Below, one piece after another: positions 1 through 13,495 of a stretch of DNA of 64,000 bases (the stretch's first letter is position 1; the number at the start of each line of letters is the position of its first letter). The translations under genes and the position numbers were made by a program. This stretch comes from Epiperipatus broadwayi (lineage: Eukaryota; Animalia; Onychophora), in assembly GCA_028023455.1 (NCBI GenBank), contig JAQFVV010000002.1, positions 11,408,001-11,472,000 of the forward strand, given 5' to 3'. The notes under the pieces were generated by a model. It saw only the letters and a program-made list of their open reading frames with translations. It searched no databases and was not told where the DNA came from.

Positions 1-179
1 GGTTTAAATGCGTTTTTTTTTATTTTTTACTTGTAAAATAAGTCGGAAGAGGTCACCATCATACAGAACTTTTAAAAATCTCTTTAAAACGTATCGAACG
101 AATTTTTTAGCATAAGAATCGGCTGAGTTAGAGTGACGTCAACTGCTTACAAGAGGTCGCATCAAAGACAGGCTAAGCG
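1..179 (-). mobile_element. piggyBac-like non-autonomous element end, truncated by the window edge
   Basis: Bases 1-140 are the reverse complement of about 2527-2666 (roughly 80% identical). The element ends ...GGCTAAGCG followed by TTAA at 180-183. Confidence 0.6.
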
Positions 180-573
180 TTAACAAAATTTTAATTAGAC
201 CTTTTTAATGTTTAATTTATACTTTTTTTAAAATTCAAAATTATTTAAATCTTTATTCAAGTGTAATATAGAAAATATCTACAATTTTTTTTTGTTTGTG
301 TTTATTTATACTTTTCCTTTCAACTTTATATATATATATACAAACACTACTATGTTGTTATATACCATGAGACATATAACTATCTCAATATATATATATA
401 CAATAATAGCTAACAGCTAATTGATTATTAGATTTAAATTATATCACCACAATCCTCATACTTAAACTAATAGAATATCATTTTTTGGGTATTGCAATGC
501 TGTCTTGATAACAGATCATGAATATTCTCTTAGTTTGTTTAAGAATGAGAGTTATGATGATGTAATATATATA

Positions 574-1673
574 CACCTGGGTCTCTTTATGCGGACTTAT
601 TTAACACGATTTTGAAGTACACGATTTGTGTTTCACCGGAAGTGTGTTAAATAAGTCCATGTAAAAAGAGACCCAGGTGCATGAACTCCGATAATGTGCT
701 ACTACTTTAAATAATAAATTTTGCGCACTTACATTATATTGAAAGTAATAGCACATTATTGGAATTCGACTTTCATCTTAGTAATTTCAATATTTTCAGT
801 GCTTTATAATAGTAAGATTTTATGCAATAATGAAATTAAAATCATAATTTCCACATTTTATGTATACACACATTAAATTTTACAAGATTATAATGTAAAT
901 TTGTTCAAACATTGTGCGTGTTAATTTTCCATTTTAAATCACATTCTGTTTTTGCTTTTTAAAAAAGAACGTAATCAATTATTAATCATTTAGTGTCCAC
1001 AAGTTTATTTTTAAAAGGTCAGTAATAGCAGTGGGCACAATTAAATTTGACAATTAAAAATTAAAATCTGATTTTTAATTGTAATTAGCAATTTAAAAAT
1101 TATTTACTGCGACTTGAAATTAATGTGAAATTTGATTTTTAAACCGAATTGAAAATTAAAGACAAAAATAAGAATTTAATTTTTAGTTGTTAGTTTCATA
1201 AACAATTAATAAAATCATCGTCTCAAAGATTAATTACTAATTACGTTGTCACCAGAAAACCACTGTTACAACATGAGTGTGAAGTTGGCACTAGTTGTTT
1301 GCAAACGAACATGTTCTTTGGAAAATAGCTATAATAATTAAAACGTGTATAAAAATGTAAATTACTGTACTGTAAATTATGCATAAAAATATATTATTTT
1401 GAATAAAATTAAATATTATAGTTAAAAAAAGTTTGTCTTGTATCAATTTTTTTCAAATTTGAAATTTTTTATTAGTCATATTTTATTTCCTTAATTTTTT
1501 TTTTGCGCGAATTTTAAAGTAATTTTACATTGGTGCTTTGCTTTTACGCGAAGTTTGAATAATCACAGACCGCATCCCCCCCTTTTCAATGTAAGTTACG
1601 TCTATTTTTGCGCGATTTTGTTTGCGCGTGTTTTCTAAGGAACCTATCTATCGCGTAAAATGAGACCCAGGTA
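574..1673. mobile_element. TA-flanked Tc1/mariner (pogo/Tigger-like) MITE
   Basis: TA|CACCTGGGTCTC at 574 and GAGACCCAGGTA|TA ending at 1673. CGCG-containing subterminal motifs (cgcgtaaaa) near the right end. A second internal right TIR ends at 679. Confidence 0.6.
684..766. repeat. Inverted repeat (hairpin), 30-bp arms
   Basis: aactccgataatgtgctactactttaaata (684-713) pairs with tattgaaagtaatagcacattattggaatt (737-766), 4 mismatches. Confidence 0.8.
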
Positions 1674-2180
1674 TATATATAAAACCTTATCCCACAGTTA
1701 AACATTGATTTGATAAAATTAACTAATGAGAGCATTTATATAGGTTTAAAAAGATTTGATAAATGTGCTCTGCTATTGCTGTTTATAAACCTGAGAGATA
1801 GTCACTTAATAGAAGGATAATACAGAGACAATAAAAATATACTTATATAAAAATATGTGTTAAAATTAACAGAGAGATTAAAAATTAAATATAAGAATGA
1901 AACAACATACAGTATGACTATTTTCAGTGATAAAAATTAAGAAGTTGAAATGTGAATGAATGAAATTATTTTGAAAATTGTAAAAGATTTCAGTGGATGG
2001 ATGAAAAAAAGACAATGTGAAATTACTAAATATGTCATAATTAAAGAATGATGAATGGATAAATAAAACTTAATTAAATCGTTTATATACAATATGAAAT
2101 GCTCTAACCATAATCAAAATGATATATATATAAATTAAATAAAATTTTCATTATAGATTATTTTAATTATAAATAAAGAG

Positions 2181-2267
2181 AAGTATTAATAGTGCTAATA
2201 AATGTTTTAATAATATAATTTTTATAATAATAATTACTATAAATATTTATTAGCACTATTAATACTT
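2181..2267. repeat. Perfect 23-bp inverted repeat
   Basis: aagtattaatagtgctaataaat (2181-2203) and its exact reverse complement (2245-2267). Confidence 0.85.
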
Positions 2268-2487
2268 TATTGTTTTTATTTTAACTTTTTAACAGGTTGA
2301 CATTTTTTATTGTTAAGCCTGGCAACTTTTCATTTTTTTATAAAATCTTTATGTTAAAACTCAATAAATTGAATTTGATTTCTTAAAAATTTATAAGTGA
2401 AAAACATTCTAAAAAATAATATTTAAACTTTTTAAATATTGAAAAAATGAATTGTAATACGAAGAAAGAAAGTAAAATGTCATTTAA

Positions 2488-3233
2488 CTCTTTCCCTGCC
2501 TCTTACAAGGCTCCTCGTCGACATCTGACATCACTCTAACTCAGCCAGTTTTTATACGAAAATATTCGTTAAACACGTATTGAATTCGTTTTTAAAAGTT
2601 CTGTAAGATGGTGCCATCTTCCGATTTATTTTACAAGTAAAAAATAAAAAAAAACGCATTTAAACCTAAACAAAGAAGGAACATTATTTGTGATTGGTTC
2701 TTAGCATGCTCTCAGCCGAAAAAGACATTCTGATTGGCTGGAAAGAACAAAGAAACTGCCTGATCAAAGAAAATAAAGAAAAACGCTGAGATTTTCATTT
2801 CAAATACGATTTAAATTATTATAAAATTATATTTATGGAAATTAAAAATTATTTTCAGAGAGAATAATAAAAAAACAAAATTATTTTCGAAAAATATTGA
2901 AGATTTTAGTAAAAATATTGAAGATGTAGTAAAAAGAAATATTTACTTTTCTATAACGTAAAAGTCGATCTTTTTGTTTATATTATAGCTTTTATGTTGC
3001 TGATATTGAATATTTTAGAATAAATAAATAGCAATTTATTTTTGAAAGAACTTTCGTTCTCTTCATAACCTGAAAAATTAATAATATACTTTTTATAAAC
3101 GTATCTGAGTTGAATTTAATATTATAGGCGAATATGTTTTAACAATAGGCTTTGTCTTCAGTTTGTGAGTTGGCCAATTAAAAGATTTGATTTTTATCTG
3201 ATACAACCAATAATAAAATTAGCGGTTAAAAGG
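2488..3233 (+). mobile_element. Old piggyBac-like MITE
   Basis: TTAA on both sides (2484-2487, 3234-3237). Degenerate termini CTCTTTCCCTGC and GCGGTTAAAAGG. The left end is homologous to 1-179. Confidence 0.55.
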
Positions 3234-3921
3234 TTAAAGCAGTCTCCAGAAAATAAATCTCCAATAAATCAATAAAATCTTTTTTCAGAAAAAATATTTT
3301 TGAAATAGACATTAATCTCTGATAAATCTATCAAATTCTGTTTTAAAATTGCTTTATAATTTGTAGAATATCAAAATATTCTAACACTGTGTTTTAGTGA
3401 CAGGTAATCACATTACAAAATAAATGTCAAAAGGCAAGGGCATTTTACTGCCATATTTTTCTTTGTTAATGCTACAGTCAAATGTATATAAACAAAATCA
3501 AAGTGTATTCGTTTGGTTTTAAATAATTATACAATTATTGTGGAAAAATAATTGGAAACATTTAATAAATTAGTAAAAAATCATTTCTTTAATTCCAAGA
3601 ATTTTTTCAAAGTAATCCCACAAATGCTATAAAACCAAATTACAAATAACCAAAATCATCAATGCCTAAAGATGTGAGCAAGCATAAAACAATAGACTTA
3701 ATAGATTTTGAAGTTTTCTGAGGATGTAGAAAATACTGATGTCTTCACATTTTTATTTCAATTAATAAGCCAATATTTTTTAGATTATAATTTTAGCACT
3801 TAAAAAAATCTACATTAATATCAGTTAAGCTCATTGTAGAAAAAGGATCTAAAATGACAGAACTGCCATTTTATTTCTAAAGTAAACATGCTTTAATAAT
3901 TTTTAGAATTAATAAATATAT

Positions 3922-6084
3922 TGTAACGATCCGGAGAATAGCACTTAACATCATCTGCACGACAGGGCGCCATCTAGGCATTTGAACCTAGAAAAATTTA
4001 TAAAGTAGGCAGATACGTAAGTCAAAAAAAAAATTTATTTTTTTTTATTTTGATTCCGGTCGTTAGCCCAAATCACTAGCTCAGGGAGTAGCAGAGATTT
4101 AGTAATATAATATCTTATCTAATTATATTTCAATATTAAAAAATAAATAAAATAAGCCACTGCCAGTAATTAACATACAAAAATTTATTTACGCACATAT
4201 ATATATAAAATTTAACATTATTATTTTAGTATGTTTATTTTAGATTTTAATTTGATTTTATAATTTAAATTTACATTTTAATTTTTATAATATTATAAGT
4301 TTACATTTTAATTAAGTTCGCACAGATGGATTTATGAAAGTTTGTTTTATAATGTTGAGTATAGATCGGTTACATAGATTACACAGTTAAAAACATTTCA
4401 AAGTAAACATAAACGATCAAAATACAAAATCATTGATACCGTCAATTGCATAGGGAATATAAGAAATCCAATGGTGTTTATCATAAGACACCGCATTAAC
4501 ACCAATAACTTAAAAGACATCCGAATAAATACATCTTAGATACTCACCATAAGGTATCAGTATTTACCAAATGTCTATATATTTTGATCACCTATGAAAA
4601 CCAAAAACATAATTAACCGGTAACGAACCCATGCAAGCATCTATACCCAACTTAAATTTAATGCAATTTTATTTATGGGTGTCGAGTATGAATGGACTAC
4701 ATAGATTTGCATTTGAAAAGAAAATATTCAATCCCTGTTTAACCTTAGGCCAAAGGTTCACAGTCAAACCAAACTTCAATCCATCTGATATATCGATGTG
4801 TTCAATGTAATACGAATACGGCAGCACAATTAGGTTAAGAGAAGAAACTGCTTCTTGTCAGATAGGAATATTACATCTATCAGACAAGAAGAGCAATAAA
4901 AAAAAACTCCATCGAAAGGAACAGCGTTCTACATCTTATAATCCCTTCCATAGGCAAAACGGAAGTGTGCAGCATATAATAGTGATTCTGCCCATAGCAA
5001 ATCTCATACTACATCTACTAATTACACCAATATATCCAATCCATTGACCTAATTCAACTATGAAATGAATAACCTAAGATTACCCTCCCCTAATATAACT
5101 TTACAACTCTATATAGCCATTCACGCCCGACTTAAGTTTAATATTTATATAACTAGTTTAATGAAAAACAGAAATCATAATAAAACTTAAAGAACAAATA
5201 AATAAATAAATGGAAATGATTTTACAAAAGAAATACATTAAATAAAATTATAACTAATTAATAACTAATGTTGGTCAGATAGGATTCTATTTGTATTATT
5301 TAAATACGGAAAGTTTTTAATTTAATGTTCATTAATTATAAAGTTCTTACGGTTTTAAACAGTTCATCTTTATCTGTTGCTTGCCATTAGAATGTGAATT
5401 CCCATGCCGTCCAAAAAAGATTGGTATTCTGTTGGCCGTTTTATTCATCCGGTTTTTTACTCCAGCTGGTCCTCAATGTAGAAAACAATAGTTTATTTCT
5501 CTTTCTTCCTAGCAGAACTGAAGGGATTGAAGAGTGCATCTTTTCAATCCCTTCTTCTTCAACTCTGCACTAACACATATAGTCCCATCGTAATAACTAA
5601 CTTTTCCTTTTATATTAATCTTAAGGATTGACTCAACATTACGTCATCGATGATGGTGGTCTTTTCGCTGAGGTCCGATTCCATAGGGATTTCTTTTTAT
5701 TTGCTAGAAGTTTCTATTGTTTTCCTATCTGACTGTTGTTTATATATTTAAATGCCCAAGGGCTTATTCACTTGGACTAATTAAAATAATCATTTCCATA
5801 ACATTAATTAACCTGTTTTCCAAATCCAAAGATATATTTAAAGATAAATTTAAAGATATAATTTTATCTCCAAATCTTTTTACAATTTAGTTTTAAAATA
5901 CTTTTTCTTTAATAAAGTTTTATTTTAATAATTTTTCTCCTCTGTGTGATTTATATATATACGAGTTTAAGGTAGAATTTATTTTCAATTTTTCTGTCTT
6001 AAAAAAAAAGTTTTAAATGCGAACTTTTTATTTTAATGTTTAATAATAAAAAAAAATAATGTAACGTCATCTGTGCTCGTTACA
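3922..6084. mobile_element. 2.16-kb TG...CA element, probable gypsy solo LTR
   Basis: Termini TGTAACGA...TCGTTACA form an 8-bp perfect inverted repeat, with ATAT (ATATAT) duplicated on both flanks. No ORF; retains more CpG than the flanking DNA. Confidence 0.7.
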
Positions 6085-6495
6085 ATATATTTTAACCAAT
6101 CAAAAATACTGATCTATAATTTACTAGAGAGCTAATGTAAAATTAATATCTAGAACACAATTAAAAAATCAGCCTATTCCTTTCATATTTATATTTCTTG
6201 TGTAACCAGTGTTTTTTCAGGTGAATCAGATACTTAAACTTTTGATGACCATGTTAAATGATATTCCCAAATTACAAAATATGTTGTTTGATTTTAAAGT
6301 GTAAAATAAGTCACATAAACGAATGTATTTAAACTGTTTTCAATAGTTATGATATCAAATATAGATATATTAGGCACAGAATTTATTTCTTTTTCATTTA
6401 AATCTCATATGAAAGAGCAAATGTTATACCTATTAGCATAAATATTTATGATTAATAGTATGCTTTCGATAAATAACTGATCAGAAATGCCCATT

Positions 6496-7270
6496 TGTAA
6501 TGTACCCAGGTCCACATCACTATGATAAAACTATTTGTTCACTAGACTTGCACTCCTGAGCTATTCTTGGGTGAAAAAATTCAAAATTCCTAACTTGCTT
6601 ATTTACCTGTTGATTGGGGGAGGGGGATTAGGAAATTCAATCCAAGATATGATACTTTTATATTTGTAGGAATATATGCATCAAAATTATTTTTAGAATA
6701 ATGCTGCATTCTCTTTTGCCAAAATTATGTGTTATTAGTTATATTTTTTTGAGGACAGGGGTCAAATTTTATATATATTTGTTTTCAGGTGCTGAGGAGA
6801 GAAAGAATAAAAGCAAATTGAGTTATAATAATATTTCTAATCAACGATTCCTAATATAGTTCACATTTTGTTTCCTCCTTTTTTGTGATTGTATTTTTAT
6901 GAAAATTATATGTACAAAGAGGATATCAATTTTAAACAGAAATTTCAGACTGATTTTTATTTTCCAATCACTGACTTCATCATTGCAGCTATGGATGATA
7001 AATTTAAACATATCTTATTGAGACAGTTAGGTGTCTCATAGCATAAAACATAGTAGCCAGTGTGCATGTATATATATAAACTTAAAAGGAAAAGTAGAAA
7101 TAAACAAACCAATTTTGTAGATATTTTCTATATTACACTGGAAGAACAGTTAAGGAGGAAATAATTTTGAATTAAATTTTTTTTATTATAAATTAAACAT
7201 TTAAAAAGATTTAATTAATATTTTATTAATTCTCATTTTGAAATTAAAAGAAGCATGTTTTTATGTTACA
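6496..7270. mobile_element. Decayed LTR-like remnant related to the 13496/14944 LTRs
   Basis: About 7055-7250 matches the LTR segment ...aaggaaaagtagaaataaac...ttttgtagatattttt. Termini TGTAATGTA / TATGTTACA; no TSD found. Confidence 0.4.
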
Positions 7271-7988
7271 ATAGATGTACTAATAATTATAAAATCCCAC
7301 TACCTATATTGATTAGATGAAAATTTTAAATTAAAGCTTGTATTATATATTTTAATCTACAAAGTTTTTTTTTTAATAATTAAGGTAGATTGAAAAGAGT
7401 TATTAACTTTTTCTAATCAAAATAACGAAAACTTATTTTTAATTACTATATTTTTTTTCACCGTGATTATAAAATGTTTGAAAAAAGACTGGGGGGGGAT
7501 TTTTAAGAGCTACCATGAAGTTATAACTGAAGGCAAGAGAGTGCAAGTCCAAATGCTATGCTATTACTTGTTCACTACTGTAGTTTGGATTCATATGGAA
7601 GTAAAAGATTTGCTTTCTGTGTTCTCCATAGGCCATATTGTGTACTAACCAATGAAGTCTACCAAATTCTAGACTAAATGGAGCTGAATGTATATATGCC
7701 AAAAGATACCAAATTAAATCTTTCCTAAAGATGACAATAAAAGTCTATTTTTTAGAAGGGACCAGCTTAAACCAGAGAGTCCATCAACTTGCTGGAAATT
7801 TAGTTTATTTGTATACTGCTTTATATATATATCAGTGACAAAGCATGACTTCTTTACAATGGAAGTACACTTCTTTTTTTTAATTTCACTTCCACAATAA
7901 TTCTTGCATAATAGCACCTAATATATATATATATATTACATTCATGTAGAAAAATCTGAAATTCTCTTATCTGTAAAAATCAGAGAAT

Positions 7989-8348
7989 ATATTATCAATA
8001 TATTTTTATCTTCCAAATCCTTTTAACATTCTTAAAAGTTTTAATTGTAAATTAGATCTTAGCATTGTTTGAATTTCTTATAATCAACGAGAATGCAAAA
8101 ATGAATTAGTCAAGTTCATTCCTGACTGTTGGTAAAAAGTCAACAGTAATTTCATTCAAAAAATAATGAATTTAAATTCCTGATTCTAATCAGATTGCGA
8201 TTAGTTTAAATATAGATAATACATTATCAATATATTTTATTCGTCCAAATCCTTTCAACATTCTTATAAGTTTTAACTGTAAATTAGATCTCACCATTGT
8301 TTGAACTTCTTATAATCAATAAGAATGAGTTAGTCAAGCTCATTCCCA
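7989..8348. repeat. Local direct duplication (~130-bp unit, ~232-bp spacing)
   Basis: attatcaatatatttt...ccaaatcc...aaattagatct...ttagtcaag occurs at about 7989-8125 and 8221-8348. Confidence 0.75.
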
Positions 8349-8544
8349 ATCCCTATATATAAAAACATTTTAACTATTGATAAAAAAAAAAATTGAAAGT
8401 GAATTTTAATTAAAGCTTTTGAAAGTTTTAGTGAATTTTTCTATGGAAACCCTCATTCCTTTCAATACATGGACATTTCATCCCTGATATATATATATAA
8501 AGTATAGCTGTAAATATCTTTATTCAACAAAAAGTAAGATGCAT

Positions 8545-8667
8545 TTTCAGTATATTTTATAAACAAAAGAAAACTCCAAAAATTTCTATATATTTGGGAA
8601 TGAAATTCAGTATATTTTATAAACAAAAAAAAAAACTCCAAAAATCTTTCTATATTTGGGAATGAAA
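8545..8667. repeat. ~60-bp tandem duplication
   Basis: ttcagtatattttataaacaaaa...actccaaaaat...tatatttgggaatgaaa occurs twice in tandem. Confidence 0.8.
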
Positions 8668-9224
8668 AAAACTCACTGGAGTATTTTTTAAAAGATGTTT
8701 ATAATTAATCAAAGTAACCCATCAAAAATGTGATATTATTTTTTAAAAAAAAAAAACTTTTATGAAGGATTGTTAAAGAATTAATATTTTTAAAAAAATA
8801 AAAACCTTTTTTTTACCATTACACAATGAATGAATTAATAATTTTGATTCATTCTATTATTTTTATGTACACACATCATACATGTGCATTTATGTAAAAA
8901 ATATATATTTTTAATAATTTTATTGGACAAATTAAAAATATGTCAGTGTGTACACACATTTTCATGGGTACCCATATATATATATATAAACAGTCATTAT
9001 TTATGTATCATTAAAATGTGATAACTTATTATTATATAACAATTCCCATGTTATCCATGTCTGTGTGCTTATATAAATGCATGTCATGTAGACACATGTT
9101 AAAATTAATCCATTTTTTTTACTATATGACAATTGAAATATGTTCATAAATTATTATGCCACATCTGTGTGCTTATATATGTGTATTTTATGTAAACCTA
9201 CTGAAACCTATTTATAAATTACAA

Positions 9225-9999
9225 TGTAATCGGTGATTTCTTTTTGTTTATCAAAATTAGAAGGCTTAATTTATATGTAAAGCCCTATTCTGCAGACCTT
9301 AATTTCATTTTTGTATTAATAAATAGATATTTCATTGTTAAAGTTATTTCAGTGAATTTATTCAAATCAAAAATTATAAAACATTATGTGTTAGGATTAT
9401 ATCTCTTTATTATAGTAACAATTATAGAATTTTTGTTCATGAGCTAGATTCATGTATAAGTCTATTATATCAAAAGGGGTTTATGGATATCCGGTTGAAG
9501 TTGATACTGGATTGGCACAAAGGAGATATCCTTTAAACTCCATGCATTATATTTTATTTAGTTTAGTAGTTATTAAAAATTAAGTTTATAATTGGCCAGT
9601 ACATTAATGATACTAAGTGGCCAGAACACTGATGATGATCAGCATGTTTTAGTATCCCATCATTGTTTATTTAATTGCTATATTCTTATGGATTAGCAGC
9701 CCCAAGCTGGCAAGTGCTAAAAAATTAGCCTGATCTATAGTAGACTAATTTCAAATACAATCACTAGATTAACTGTTGATTTATTTTTATTGATCATTCA
9801 TGATGATGAATGACTATTTCTTGTGTAATGCTGGTGAATTTATAATTACTTAGTCAGTAGTGTATTATTCTCTCATACTCATGCTAATCCCTCATAGTTT
9901 TTCATATATTTTTTATATTCAACTTTATATTTTGACTTGGGGGTGATGATGATAAGTGCCATCACTCCAGGTTAACCCCAAAGAATCTATACCATTACA
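9225..9999. mobile_element. Decayed solo-LTR-like remnant of the 13496 LTR family
   Basis: The right end gacttgggggtgatgatgat...ccatcactccagg...ccattaca matches the ends of the 13496 and 14944 LTRs. Left terminus TGTAATCGGT; no TSD. Confidence 0.4.
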
Positions 10000-11512
10000 G
10001 TATTATATAAAAAAATTAGTGTTCATCTAAATATATATATGAATTGCAAATAATTTATTCTGAAGAACTGCTTCAAAAATGTTTCATTTTAGAAAAATAC
10101 ATTAGGCACAATAATTATTGAGATGGAACAGATTTAATTAACATATTGCGAGTAAGAGCAATACAAATTTCCAAAAACACTTCAACAATTGTTTTCTTAT
10201 ATATATATATGCTAACATCAATTAGAAAATACTGTTCCAAATATATTTATTGCATTGAGAATATTTGCAACATAGCCAGTATGAGTATTAAGTTCAAAAA
10301 AATTTCCAAAACTGAAAGTAATAAAAACAACCCTAGATCAACCATGGTTCAAGAAAAGCTGTGGCCTGGCAATATCAATTGAGCACAAAATTGTAGCTAT
10401 TCTTGACATCAGTATGTTAATTAAAACATTCACAAGAGCAAAAGCATGAAAAATTAATTAAATTGCAATATGCATTTAACTTTAATTGTAGTATTATTAA
10501 GTATGTTAATTAATTATTCATGTTTAATATAATTTTTAAAAAACTTTTTCCATATTTTTTTGCAATTTTAATACTGTTTGTTAATTAAAGAAGTCAATAC
10601 ATATTTTTTTTATTTTAAACTTATTTATATTCAGCTATGTGATGTTTGACTGTGCATGTGAGTATTTATAGTTAAGGATTGTGTGAATTTTTCTTTGCCA
10701 GGGGTTGGACTGAGTGCACCCCCAAAGAAAATGTAAATATATAATTTCATATACATTCACCTAAAACAACAAATTCATTTACTCGTATACGACATAAATT
10801 TAGCAATTGATTATACCACTAATGAATATTTAATGACTTTAATTCATTCAAAAATTCATTCTCACATCAAATAATACTATTTTTCTTGTTATTAAAAATA
10901 TCTTTACAATATAAATAATTTTTATAAATTTAATTTTAGCAATAAGAATTTTTATATCTAAGTGATAAAGTTATGGTTACATCAGTACAAAAATGGCAAT
11001 GTATAACAACCATCCTAAATATGTCTGTATTTTTCAAAAATCCAATTAGTTCGAATTTAATTCATGTAGTATAAATTTTATGCCCCTCTTTTTAGGTTTA
11101 ACAGTAACTCATACCACTTGTAATCTGAACTGCTATAGATTTCCTTCCAACTTTTGCAAATGATCATTATTTTTTTAAGATAAATATTATAAACTTATTG
11201 TAATTAATGACAACAATAATCAAAAGCAAATTTATTTTATTATATTAACTGATTGCATGAAAGCAATCAACTGAATCCAGTTAAACAAAAGTAATTTCAG
11301 TTCATTATTTCTGTAATTTTATATCTATATTTAAAAAATTTTTTATATAAACATTTTAATATGCACGTAAATGTTGGATTAGTTCCAACATTTACCATTA
11401 AATACAAAAAGCTGTTAGTAATAATGCAGAAGTTATTAGATAACACATGTTAATAGATTACACTACATTTTAAATCGTATTTGTCTCCAATTGTTCTTCA
11501 GGTGTTGCTTTC

Positions 11513-11694
11513 ATGCTAGTATAGGATTTGGATTTACACTATTAGATTCTTGAATATTAAATTTTAAGGCAATGTTTTAACTATATGAGCTATTCTGTTA
11601 AAAATCTTATTCAGAATAGCTGTTGGTTAGAGTGTTGCCTTAAAATTTAATATTCAAAAGTCTAAAAATGTAAGTTCAACTACTATTCTAGCAT
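11513..11694. repeat. Nested palindrome / foldback MITE remnant
   Basis: Perfect 23-bp arms at 11550-11572 and 11635-11657, inner arms agctattctg/cagaatagct, outer arms atgctag/ctagcat. Confidence 0.7.
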
Positions 11695-12794
11695 TATCAC
11701 TGATCAGTTCAGCAGCCCCCAAAGAAGAGTGGAGAATAATACAATATAAATTTTGTGTACTCTACTAATCTGTATTATGAGATAATCTTGTGCAGTCTAT
11801 TAACTTGTGAGTTATTACTAACAGTTGTTTGTATTTGAAAAGTTTAAATAAAGTTTAAAATTTTCTAGATATTCAGCAATTAATGGTAGATGATGGAAAT
11901 AAACCAACATATTACCACATCTAAAATACCACCACAAAGCTTCAGGCAAATATTTTAAAATATATTGTAAATAATGCTTCTAATAAAAAAAAAATCAAAT
12001 TTAAAATATTTATATAAAACAAATACTGTTTTTAAGAATGGTATGAGATCTCACTTGCAGTCTGTACATTTTTCTATTGCATTGTAGCCATTTCAGGTTA
12101 ATCTAATATGTATATACAAAGAGAGGGAGAGAGAGAGAATACATAAGTGAGAGTATAAAGGTTAATTATTTTACTGATTCTGAAATAAAAAATTATAGGA
12201 AAAATCTTGTTATTTCATTGATTTTTTTCTCCAAAAAATTAGATTGAAAAAAGATTTATTGAAACATTTGAATATGTATAATTAAATTATCTTTTTATAA
12301 AAAGTTAAATATATGAAAAAATGTAATGTAAAAATATTGTCTTCTAATTTATTTTCTCACTAAATTTACATGAATTGTTAAATCAATATTATTTTTATAA
12401 GAAATATGAATAACACTGAAGCAATAAAAACAGGTAAAAGAAAAAATTTAAAATTATCACTGGACAAGATATTATTGAATGTATTAATATTTTTAAATAT
12501 TGGTAATTGAATAAATAATGATGAAAGCAATAAATAATAGTGTGAAAACTGCAATGACTAAATAAGGTCTTGATAAAAGTTAATATTATGCTCTAGTTCA
12601 GTATAATTATATAATAAAAATCATTTTTGGGGAGGAGAATCATAGACAATCATAAACATGAGAAAAATAGAAGATTTTAAAGATGTGGATTTAGAATTAA
12701 ATGTAAAGGGTATGTGGAAAAAAATATCAGAAATTGGAAATGCTAATAGCATAAGTCAGTATATCATTTTTTAAAGAAATTATAACGAAAAGAA

Positions 12795-13263
12795 GGTAGT
12801 TGTAACTTACGCCCCATCGGGTGAAATACAATGTGACAGTATTACATGTGAAAGCACATTTAAATAGTTGTGGCTTCTAGATGAATCACACCTTCACATT
12901 ATATGCTATTGATCTTTTAAGAACATGCATAAAAACAACACTATCAAGCGAGTATCAATATCGCTAACAAATGGTGCAGTTTTTCCGTGCATAGCATGGA
13001 GAAACAGTGCCCGATAGTGGGCTAGATTGCTGGTAGCAGATGATGTAAGCTAGATGTGTTTACCTATGGCTATCAGTGCCACCAAGCAGGAAGTAGTGCT
13101 GGCATCTAGTTGGCACAAGGTTCCTGTGCATATGCATGGTGAACAGTGCCACCTAGCGGTTGGAACTTGCATTGCTGCATTTGGGCCCCTACTCTGAATA
13201 TTTCTGTGGTTGACACAGAAACAGTGCATTTTGTGGCCACATGGGGCATAAGTTACAACTACC
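12795..13263. mobile_element. 469-bp MITE with 23-bp TIRs, superfamily unclear
   Basis: TIRs GGTAGTTGTAACTTA(C/T)GCCCCAT match at 22/23. AAAAGAA is present on both flanks (12788-12794, 13264-13270). Confidence 0.75.
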
Positions 13264-13495
13264 AAAAGAAAAATATAGATTGAGCATGTACTCATAAGCT
13301 GTATTGGAAATGTCAATGGAAAGTACAAAAATAAAGGTGTGAAAATATAAAAATTGATTGATGATTTTAAAGAAAAAAGTTGTGTATTTGAAAAATAGAG
13401 CAAGAAGCTGAAAGGTTTGAATAATGTGTTTTATGGAAAGTTAATTTTTTTAAAAAAAGATCAAATATAAATAAGCAAACAAAAGCTATACATAT

